Positions 41,408 through 51,359 of a stretch of 64,000 nucleotides of DNA are shown here, piece after piece. This DNA is from Azolla caroliniana (Eukaryota; Plantae; Polypodiophyta): NCBI GenBank assembly GCA_043228905.1, contig JBHGNT010000002.1:13268001-13332000 (forward strand), given 5' to 3'. Below the pieces are notes generated by a model that ran no database searches, had not been told where the DNA came from, and saw only the letters and a list, made by a program, of their open reading frames with translations. Position numbers and translations under genes: made by a program. How positions within the stretch are numbered: position 1 is the first letter of the stretch; each line of letters starts with the position of its first letter.

Positions 41408-41599
41408 CACAAAGAAATCGTATTATTCTTAACAGCAACTGTTACAAATGACAACCAACCTTTACTAAAGGTTACAAAGTCACTTTATATAGTGACTATC
41501 CTAGGGAAACTACCCTTTATGCTATTTACAGAAATAGCCCAAACTTGGGTTGTCCAAAGGGACAGTGTGAATACGGCCATTATACACTCATATTCGACA
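34697..41599 (-). mobile_element. Decayed Ty1/copia in tandem arrangement (LTR 41290-41599, internal region, LTR 35269-35546, second PBS and leader)
   Basis: iMet PBS at 41276-41287 and again at 35255-35266. PPT from 35547. Gag-pol ~39766 to 35774 (LDSGAS, VHSDVCGP, YVDDIL, SDFAGCVDSRRSTT). 34697-35266 duplicates the leader at 39880-41289. Confidence 0.9.
40335..41165. mobile_element. Non-autonomous hAT-type DNA transposon (MITE), 831 bp
   Basis: 8-bp TSD GGTGCAAA (40327-40334, 41166-41173). TIR CAAGGTTGTT/CATGGTTGTT and subterminal TACGTA-rich repeats. The empty site is present in the paralogous leader near 35145. Confidence 0.92.
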
Positions 41600-42053
41600 T
41601 GGTGGTTTTCTTCTTACCGAGCGCACAAGCCTGGTCTGGGCTTGCTTCTCCAATGTCCGGAGTTCCGGGCTGACGTGCAAGAAATCGCCGGTCCCAACGT
41701 TCCGATTCTGTGATCGGTATCTCGGTGTTGGCCTAGGCCGTTCTATCTCCGCAAGCCAAGAGGGCGTTTTGTTCCGCACCCTCTCCCGTGGTACCGTGGT
41801 ACAGATCTTTTGCCATCTCGTGGGGCAAGTTCGTCTCCTCAGCGTCGGCTTGCGGCCTCGATCTTTCCTCTTCCTTGAGCATTGCGTCAAGAGCTGCGTA
41901 CGCCTCCGCCATCCTAGCCCCGAAGCCGAGCCTTGCCGCCTCTCTTTGCCATTCGACCTCTTCCCGCCGTGCTGGTGCGCCGTTGCACGCCTTCCTCTTA
42001 GCCTTCTCGGCCCGTTCGTCATCTAGCCGTTGGCATATCTTTTCAACCTTCAA

Positions 42054-42623
42054 CTAGTGCTCCGTGAGGCTATTCGCTCCATCCTCATCTTCGAGCTCAA
42101 TCCCGATGGCCTCCCGTTCCGCTCGGTCGATCGACCTAATGAACAACAGGACATTGTCTGCCCCCACCAAACTTTGCTCCTGCTGTGGGAGCCGAGCAAG
42201 CCGTCGCTTGAACTCCTGAAACACGTTCGTTGCGCCCCGGTGGGTCTTCACCGATGCCACCCACTGGTCAAAGCCGCATCGTCCCCAGCTCTTCCACCGT
42301 CCTCCATATGCCTGCAGGAGCGCCTCTTCGAAGGCCTCCCACAAACTATGAGCTTCTCGGAGCTCCTTTACTTCCGCGTGCATGCGGACGGCGACGACCC
42401 GACAGAAGAACCCCAGCCTCAACGTCTCGTCTACGTCTCGCTCCTCCATTTCCCCGTTGTAGGCTTCCAAGTAGAATGGGACGTTGTCCCCGTTGAAACG
42501 GCAAACTCTTTCGACCACTTGCCTAACAACTTGTTGTGCCATCTCTCTTCTTGCTGTTGCTCGTCCAAACTCCCTCACTGCTACAACAAAAAGTTGCGTG
42601 AAGCCGTCTTCTTCCAACTCCAT
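42054..42623 (-). CDS. Gag-like N-terminal ORF of the Trp-primed family
   Basis: Begins just after the PBS. RFNGDNVPFYLEAY..WEAFEEALL is a retrotransposon capsid-like pattern, homologous to 54977-55498 and 1-770. Confidence 0.65.
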   Translation of the reverse strand: MELEEDGFTQLFVVAVREFGRATARREMAQQVVRQVVERVCRFNGDNVPFYLEAYNGEMEERDVDETLRLGFFCRVVAVRMHAEVKELREAHSLWEAFEEALLQAYGGRWKSWGRCGFDQWVASVKTHRGATNVFQEFKRRLARLPQQEQSLVGADNVLLFIRSIDRAEREAIGIELEDEDGANSLTEH

Positions 42624-43324
42624 TCTCCCTTGCCGCCCTTCATGTTGGGTTCACCAAAGATGTCATGTTATTACGCGCGTCCCGAGGGAGAACGGATAAG
42701 GGTGGGACCACGGGGGTCTCGGACAAGGGAGAAGAGATGCCGAGAAACTGACTCCGGACACGCCCCCGTGGCAACCGAACACGAGAGAGAGAGAGAGAAG
42801 AGAAAGAGAAAACATGTGCGCGACACCGACTCTTATGCACAGGAAACAAGGGGCTAAGCTCCCGACACCACCAAATACACTAATATGCACAAACAAATTT
42901 GAGTATATATATTACAAGGGAAAAGATACAACCTCGGCTTTGAGCCGGACCAAGGTAGGGTAGGTTACAAGAACAGTTTGCTGCCAAGCCGCCAATCGGG
43001 GAGCTCCCGGGCTCATCGCACCATGCGGGGTCTTGCACAGGGGACCGAGCAGAAGCAAACCCTAAACAAACATGAACTCTCAACCCACATGATGACAATG
43101 AAGAAGAAGAAGAAGAAAAACTCCCCCAGATGAAACCCTAGAGCGAAACAAGAATAAGAGGAACTGCCTAACCCTAAATCTAACTGTATACCCTCCTAAC
43201 TCCAAAAATGGGCAACCCCTTTACAAGGGACCCCTCCCTCCTTTTATAGAACAAGGAGGGGAGGGTGTTACAATGTGGGACAAATACTCCTCTTTATTCT
43301 ATACACTGTTTCCTACCATACATG

Positions 43325-45506
43325 TGTTAGGATCTCGGTCCCTCCGAATGGGATACGAGTGCCTGGCATCGGAAGACCCGGTGTGAACCGGATGTGGAGA
43401 ACCCGGCATTGGAAGACCCGGTGAGAACCGGATGTGGAGTACTCGGCAAGGAGGACCCGGTAAGAACCGGATGATGCAGACCTGGTGAGAACCAGATGAC
43501 GAGTACCCGACAAGGAAGACTCGGTTAGAACCGAATGTTGCAGGCCCGGTGAGAACCTCTCACCGGATGAAGGGACATATATGTAGATATGTTTCTGAGA
43601 GCCCACTGGGGCTATATTTGTAAATAGTCCAAAATTCATGTTAGTATAAATATGACCTAGGGCAAACTCAATGAGTGATGACGATAGAGTTATTGGTGTA
43701 ACTCCTGTATAGTGCATAAGATAGATAGATAGATAGATTATATTATCATCTTCGGAGGTAAAATATGACCTATGAGACCAAAAATATTACATTTCACGTA
43801 ATACGTGTGAAAGTGAGTAGTGACTCTCGATGTTCAAGAGCTTGACCAATGAGTGTTGCAATAGAGAGTGCACATTGTGGTTGTGAGAGGAATTCATGCA
43901 AAGATTGGGCTTGATCGAAGAGATGTGGAAAGCATGGTCGAATATGATCAAAGGCAGAGCATTGTAGCAAAGTGTGATACTCAGACTCGCAAACTTGTTT
44001 AGGGCAAAGTGTGCATAACCGACCACACTCATCACTTGTGCCCCAACGCCCTATTTCACATCGCAATGCATGTGAGCGAAGTCGCATGGAAGCAATGGTT
44101 TGAATGACAGATAACGGTATGGGCTCTAACATGTATGGATGTGTACGATTTCCCCGTTCCGCAAAGAATATGGTTTTGTAGTTAGGTGCAACATGTGTAG
44201 TATAATGTGTGAAGCGTGAGCCTCCACATTTGTCCCATGTCATGATACATTGGCATTGGAAAAATGCCTCATTTACAGGGGAATCTAATGATGCATCATG
44301 AAGCAAGTGTCTCGCATTCCATCTACCAAACCATTTTTCTATATCTTGCATCCAACCGGAACACAAAATTTTGCTTTTATGCGTCTTTTGGATCTTTTTG
44401 CTTGCTTCCCACGCAATTCTAGGAAGTCGATGTGAGGGACTTTTTTGAACCTTAAGCATGTATTCAACAACCCTTTCCATGGCCATGATCTCAATGGGAA
44501 GCGACCCCGTCTCAAGGAGGAGGGTGTAGGGAGTTTGTTTCTTAACTTGTAGAAACTTGGTAAGAAAATGCTTTTGGACATTTTCAAACTCTTTCCACAT
44601 AGATTTAGGGATGCTACCGCCCCATACTTCCACCCCATAGAGAAGAACTGGTGTCACCAAAGTGTCGAAAAGATATTTCTTGAGGACCCAACACTTAATA
44701 TCTCCAGTATTGCATGTGTTCTCAAATGCATAGTATGCTCGCTTACCTGCCTCTAAGCGGTGTGTAGCACATTCATTCCATCTATGATTTGAAGGAACTT
44801 CAAGGCCAAGATATTTGAAGCTTTCCACACATTGAAGTGGCTCATTGTTGTACATAATACATGGTTTATCTCCTTTTTGGCTCTTCACAAGCATAATCTT
44901 TGTTTTAGTGCTATTGACAATTTAATATGCATGCAAAAAATTTCCAATGCCTTCATAAGCTTTTGTGCATCTCCTAAAGTATTTGCAAAAAGCACTACAT
45001 CATCTGCATATAGCAAAAGCACAATCACAACATTCCCAATGGCAACTTCTTCAACACATTCTTCCTTTGCAAACTTGGTAACCATTTCTTCCAATTCATC
45101 AATGTATAGACCAAATAGTGCTTAACACCAATACTGCTTTTGAAAAAATCTGAAAGTTTATCTCTCATGCGCACACAACATATAACCTTCTCATAAATTC
45201 AGGAAATTGCAAGCATAAATTCACTTGGCACCTCAAGTTCTTCCATTCGCCTCCAAAGATGCTCACAAGGTACCATATCAAAACCTTTCTTGAAGTCTAC
45301 AAAGCAACAATATTAACCTTTACCTCTAAGGCGACTTTCCTCCATTAATACTCGAAGGGTGATAAGGTGATCAATGGTGCTATGGTGTTTCCGAAAGCCA
45401 GCTTGTCCATAAGCTCTCTTACCACTTTTTTAGCCCATACACTTATCTTTGATTCCATTATACATCCAAATAGTTTTGCCGTTAATGAGCCAACCATGAT
45501 GGTTTG

Positions 45507-45570
<64 letters not shown>

Positions 45571-45853
45571 CGATATACAGAGATTGTGTCCCTGTTGTAA
45601 CCGCCGCTAGGCGAAGATTGCTAGCAAGAGGTCGTTGCCTCTGTACTCCCTGTTGTATTATTCAACATAGTGATAGTTTGGAGTCTATGGACTCCCGTGG
45701 TTTTTCCCTCTCAGGGTTTTCCACGTTAATATGCCGTGTATTCTCTTTCTGTTTTGTGTACTTACCTCCATTCCCATTTCTTCTGTGTTTGATTGTCATC
45801 AAGTGATCTACGCTTCGGTTGCGGCCGAAGATTATTCCGCATATTTCTCGTCA
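43325..45853 (+). mobile_element. Copia solo LTR (relative of the 3501 family) split by a LINE
   Basis: TGTTAGG...CGTCA with TSD ACATG (43320-43324 / 45854-45858). Shares cccgtggtttttccc..gggttttccacgttaa with the 3501 LTR. Confidence 0.87.
43719..45509 (-). mobile_element. 5'-truncated RTE-like LINE (RT domain and C-terminal Cys/His region)
   Basis: QAGFRKHHSTIDHL, FVDFKK.FD, LLYADDVVL, FKYLG, CTLC..ESEYHTLLQC. (ATCT)n 3' tail at 43719-43738. The 5' end abuts (TA)n(GA)n. Confidence 0.92.
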
Positions 45854-46460
45854 ACATGTGCAATATTGCACACCACCGACTTGCCCTATTCCACCCCGGT
45901 TTCACACTATAGCCGGAAATCTCCACGACAACGTACGAGTAGAGTGTTCGGGAGGCGGAACAAGGAAGGACGGGGTAGACAGAGGCCATGAATTGGGGTG
46001 GTAGGTACGTGCGGAGGACGAAAGATTATACTCGGGAAAGGTGGTCAAGTCTGCGACATTTCGACGTGGTGAAAGGTACGGACGACGGATATGGTGGATC
46101 GGATGGAGAGAATGTTTCGGATGGAAAGAGTGGGGATGTTTGAAATGGAGGCTGAAGATGGATGGAACCGATTGCTCGTCGTTACCAAAATCTCACATTT
46201 CCCCCTTTCTTAGCATATACCGGAGGATGTGCGGTTTGGTGGGGGTGAATGTCGTCAAGATTTTCGGCAACGGTAAGAGAATGGAGTGGGACAAATAAAA
46301 CAGGGATGTGCAACATTGCACATGCACTTAGGGAATTTGTACATAGAAATAAGAAAACAAATGTATAAGGAAAGGCAAAATGTAAGGTGCTAAAGTACAC
46401 CAAAAAGTTCGTGACGTATAACTGTAATGTGCACTTAGGTGCACATGCACACATAGAAAA

Positions 46461-47352
46461 TGTTGGGAGACAGGTCCCTCCGGATGGGAAGGGAGAAGAA
46501 CAGTGCCGAAACCGGATGAGGAGAACCCGGTTATAGAGAGTCGGATGGTGCAGACCCGGTGAGAACCGGATGAGGAGAACCCGGCTACGGAGACCCGGAT
46601 GGTGCAGACCCGGTGAGAACCGGATGAGGAGTACCCGGCTACGGAGAGCCGGATGGTGCAGACCCGGTGAGAACCGCATGAGGAGTACCCGGCTACGGAG
46701 AGCCGGATGGTGCAGACCCGGTGAGAACCGCATGAGGAGTACCCGGCTACGGAGAGCCGGATGGTGCAGACCCGGTGAGAACCGGATGAGGAGTACCCGG
46801 CTACGGAGAGCCGGATGGTGCAGACCCGGTGAGAACCGGATGAGGAGTACCTGGCTACGGAGAGCCGGATGGTGCAGACCCGGTGAGGAGTGCTCACCGG
46901 ATGAAGAGACATATTCGTAAATATGTTTTCTGAGAGTCCATCGGGGCTATATTTGTAAATAGCCGGAAAGTCATATTAGTATAAATATGACTTAGGGCAA
47001 ACTTATGAGTGTGTTGTTATTCTTGTTTGTGCAAGATCAGAGCATGTAACTGTGTACAGAGAGAGAGAGAGAGTGGAAGAGGTCGTTGCCTCTGTTGTAA
47101 CCGCCGCTTGTGCCGAAGATAGAAAGCTCGAGGTTGTTGCCTCAGTGCTTTACTGTTGTACACTGTAACATAGTGATAGTTTGCAGCCTGTGGGCTGCCG
47201 TGGTTTTTCCCTAGTTTGGGTTTTCCACATAAACATCCTGTGTACTCTTCTCTCACTTTTGTGTCGTGCATTCATTCCCGTTTTTTCTGTGTTTGATTCT
47301 AAGCTCAGTTATGGCCGAGCATTGTTCATAGGGGAGCGTATAGTTCCTGTCA
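46461..47352 (+). mobile_element. Copia solo LTR with an expanded U3 minisatellite
   Basis: TGTTGGGAG...CCTGTCA with TSD GAAAA (46456-46460 / 47353-47357). Same LTR family motifs as 3501 and 43325. Confidence 0.9.
46507..46884. repeat. 54-bp tandem repeat x7
   Basis: gagaaccggatgaggagtacccggctacggagagccggatggtgcagacccggt; units at 46561, 46615, 46669, 46723, 46777 and 46831, plus a degenerate first copy. Confidence 0.95.
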
Positions 47353-48823
47353 GAAAAGGGGCGTGCATGGAAGTAAAGGTGTAATAAGTAGTGGGCATGG
47401 TGGTGTTTGTGTGAAAATGAGAGAAGAGGTATTTAAGGCACCCCATCAATCCCTCCTCCTAAAATCAAGGCAAATCTTCTTTGCGATCGTGCATGCCCAC
47501 GTGTGTCGAGTGAAATCATTGATGAAGGTTACAAAGTAAAGGCTTCCACCGAGACTCACGTTCTGTGCCGGTCCCCACACATCCAAATGGATCAAATCTA
47601 GCGGACTTCGACTACGATTACGCTCATTGGGCAATGGAAGTCGGTGCTATTTTCCCATCAGACATGCTTCGCAGACTTGGCCATTATGGCCCCACAATTT
47701 TGGCAATCTGAAAACGATGTTCTTCATCTGCATCTCACAAAGCCTCGGGATATTTACGTGGCCGAACTGCTTGTGCCATAGGTCAATATACGACTCAACC
47801 TTTTGTCCTTTCGCGAACATTGCGGTGGCCACATTATTGTGTTTCAAGGATGAACATCCTCCCTTCACGGCGACCTTGCGCGATCACTTTGCCTACCTCT
47901 TCGATGAAGCAGCCGAGGTGCGTGAATCAAACTTGCATACCTTGGTCGACGATCTGACCGACCAACACGAAGTTCTTTGTTCTTGTTAGGACATGCAACA
48001 CATTCATTAGCTTCCCTTTCTGCCCGATGTGGCTGAGGGGAACTTCACCGACATGTTCCATGGTATGCGGAGTGTCGTCGCCGGTTTTGACCACTTCTCG
48101 TGATTCTGGCTTCTCCAAGGACGAGAACCATTCCTCATGCCTCGTCATATGATTTGACGCTCTAGAATCCACATACCATACCTCACTCAATTTCGAGGTG
48201 TTCACGACCTTGAATTGGCTTTATGTTGCTTTTTGAAAGCAGGGCCCTCTCCATTTCCGGCTCATTCGGAGCCCTCACCATAGTGCAACCTTTGACGCCT
48301 TCCTACGTCTCTTCCGCTCAATCCAGCTTTGTCCGAGTCGGCTTGTTTCTTCCAGCACTCGCTCTCCCTGTGGCTGTCATGATATGGCAAGACTCGAACC
48401 CATGACCTTATGCTACATGGGTCGAGCTCTTACCATTAGACTATGAATTGTAAATTTGTAAGATATTATTTTCATTTATGTTTTATCATAAAAAATTGAT
48501 GTATTTCCAGATCTCTCTGGAACATTCTAGAAGCATCAGGATTATTCCTAAAAACACTATAAAAGGAGGCACAAGGCATTGTTTTGAACCAAATTGGTTC
48601 AACGTCAGTCTTAAGCCTCTTAGCCACTTTGTACTTATCTTTCACATAATATATTAGCTACTGTCATCATCTTTCTCTCTCTCTCATTCTCGCTAGATCT
48701 CTCTCTCTCTCCTCTTCTCACTTCCTCTCTCGGGAATCTTACGCAGTCCCGTCCTCTTAGTACTAATAGTATTTCTCTTCTCTAGTACTAATTCTCTTGC
48801 TGTTTAGTACTATTCCTGATAGT

Positions 48824-48835
48824 TTGAACCAATTT
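48824..48835 (+). promoter_or_regulatory. Self-priming PBS (Tf1/Tcn1 type)
   Basis: TTGAACCAATTT is the reverse complement of AAATTGGTTCAA (48591-48602), which lies ~33 nt downstream of TATAAAA at 48558. Confidence 0.75.
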
Positions 48836-49975
48836 TCCCTTCCTCAAGTCTACTTGTCGTTTTCCCTCCTCCTATCCTTTTTCTATACTATGGCTACTGT
48901 TAGCGTCCAAGAATATCAATCCGTTGTCTCTGAGCTACAGGGACTAAAAGAAAAGTTTGTTGCCCTGGAACAAGAAAACCAACGGTTGATAGGGGATTTG
49001 CAACAAATCGCTCTAGAAAAGCAACAAACGCAACAACAACATGGGGAGTTAGCGTTACGGGTACAACAACTCGAAGTAGCGTTGCAACAACAAGGATCAA
49101 GTCCCCAAGGATTTCATAAAGAGCCCAAGATTGGACTTCCTGTGAAATTTGATGGAACACGATCGCAATTCTGGGGATTCCTTAATCAGGTACGCTTAGT
49201 CATCCAGATGCATCCTTCCCAATATCCCACTGATGCATCTCGAATCTGCCTAATAGGCACGTTACTTAGCGGCTCAGCCTTGGCATGGTTCGCTCCGCTT
49301 GTAGAAAAACAATTGCCCTTGCTTAATAACTTTGAAGATTTTATTAGTGAGTTTAAAGCCTACTTTGGAGATACCGACAGCATCAGGACGGCGATCAACA
49401 AAATTCGAAGATTGTGTCAAGGCGATCGTCAAGCCCCTGGGATGATCAGGCCCTCATGGATCAGTTTTGCTACGGCTTGCACAACGAAGTCAAAGACTTG
49501 CTTCTAACCTTCCCCGTAGAACCAAAGTCTCTTACAGAGGCAATCAGTCGAGCCGCCTTTTCGAATGGCGTTCGAAACGTCACTTACAAATACCATGCGC
49601 TCGGCTGGAACCCACATATGCCTCAGTCACAGCTAAACCGTTTGCACGCGATGTACCTCAAACCAATATTCCGACACCGATGGAGATTGAGACCATGCGT
49701 CGACGCAGCCCGTTATCGGAAGAAGAAAAGCAACGACGACGTGCCAATCGATTATGTCTTTATTGCGGTGGACCAGGGCATATTGCCATCAATTGTCCCC
49801 ATAGGCCAAGAAGACAGGTAAATCAAATCATTGCCTGTACTAAACCCGAGCCAATTCTTCCCTTCGGAGTGTCTGATAGTATTAATAGTACTAATAGAGT
49901 GTCAGATAGTATTCATCGTACTAATAGCCCAAGTATCTCAAACAAATTTGAAATCCTTAGTCAATTAGATGAAGA

Positions 49976-50020
49976 GTTAAACGATTGAGTCCAGCCAAAA
50001 TAGGAGCCGTTTGGTTGGAC
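49976..50020 (+). promoter_or_regulatory. Putative -1 ribosomal frameshift signal at the gag/pol junction
   Basis: G_TTA_AAC, a 6-nt spacer, then an 11-bp stem (gtccagccaaa/tttggttggac). Pol is in the -1 frame. Conserved in the other copy (~13128-13172, minus strand). Confidence 0.7.
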
Positions 50021-51359
50021 AGCAGCCCTAGATCTGTACAGCCCATTAGTGGTTCCATTCCAACCAAGCAAGTTAGCAATGTGTTCCTAGCCCAAGTCAT
50101 TGTTAGTACTAAAAGTACTCCCCCAGTACCCATCCTAGCACTTTTAGACTCTGGACCTAATTCCTATTTCATGGATCGAAATTTTGCCCAAGCTTCTCAG
50201 ATATCCTTAAGAAAACTTCCTTGTCCCGCATCTGTAGTAGTCATTGATGGTCGTCCCATTGCTTCCGGGAATATTGTAGAAGAATCAGAACCCATTCAAG
50301 TTGTCCTAGGTAGTTTTGTGTGTGTAGTATCATTTAATATAATTAATACTCCAGAGCAATGTCCTAGGATTACCTTGGTTTGAATTACATAATCCAACAA
50401 TAGATTGGAGAACAAGAGAAGTCCGATATCGACAACCCCAAGAATCTACTCACCGAGTTTCGACCATTTCACTCCATCAATTACGCGAAGAAGGACACAA
50501 GGAGGCAATGTTCCTATTTGCAATATCAGTACAGCCTTCCAGCTCTATTAAGAAGGACTCCTGAGTACAACTTCCGGTAAAATATCATCCTTATGCCGAT
50601 GTATTTGACAAGGTAAAAGCCGGTACCCTTCCTCATCACTGTCCCTACGACAGTCCCATCGATTTACAACCAGGAACTGAGCCACCATGGGGACCAATTT
50701 ACAACTTGTCACCCACCGAGTTAGAAGTCCTTTGAGCCTACATAGAGGAGAACTTGGCAAGCGGGTTCATCCGTCATTCGAAATCTCCGGCTGGTGCACC
50801 CATCTTCTTTTTCAAGAAGAAAGATGGCTCACTTCGTCTCATCGTTGATTACTGCGGATTGAATAAGGTCACCATCCGGAATAGGTATGCACTTCCTCTT
50901 ATATCAATTCTTTTAGAGCAAGTTAATGGTGCCAAGTTTTTTACCAAAATCAATCTACGAGGAGCGTATAACCTTGTGCGGATCTGACCGGGAGATGAAT
51001 GGAAGACCGCCTTTCGCACGCGGTATGGGCATTTCGAGTATATTGTTATGTCGTTCAGCCTAACCAATGCACTCGCAGTCTTCCAACACATGGCAAATGA
51101 TATATTCAGAGACCTCTTGGATATCTGTTTGATCATCTATCTGGATGATCTACTGATTTATTCAAAGACCTAGGAAGAGCACGATTCTCATGTACTATTA
51201 GTACTAAAGTGACTCCGCGAGAATGGTTTTTATGCCAAGCTAGAAAAATGTAGCTTTGACTGCAAGCAAGTGGAATTTCTAGGCTACATCATCTCCTCAA
51301 AGGGCATCGCCATGGATCCACCTAAAGTCCAAACTGTACTAGAGTGGCAAATTCCACGG

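Larger units (their letters stand above)
33203..45930 (-). mobile_element. Trp-primed LTR element, non-autonomous-looking (3' LTR from 33203, partly deleted near 33890; 5' LTR 42661-45930 split by insertions)
   Basis: 33203-33880 matches 42661-43324. PBS tRNA-Trp near 42639-42656. Perfect 4-bp TSD ACGT (33199-33202 / 45931-45934). Gag-like ORF 42054-42623. Confidence 0.88.
45935..47475 (+). mobile_element. 3' end of another Trp-family element: internal tail, PPT, 3' LTR from 46250 (truncated near 47475); 33118-33198 is probably its left continuation
   Basis: 46180-46270 matches the reverse complement of 52085-52170 (ggatgtgcggtt.ggtggggg.g.a TGTCGT.AAGATTTTCG). 47400-47475 matches the 51800-51870 LTR segment. 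Confidence 0.75.

Noticed and set aside
46507-46884. CRISPR-like array or repeat protein ORFs (46182-46920)
   Set aside because: Head-to-tail 54-mers with no unique spacers, inside a TSD-bounded solo LTR; the ORFs result from a stop-free unit divisible by three.
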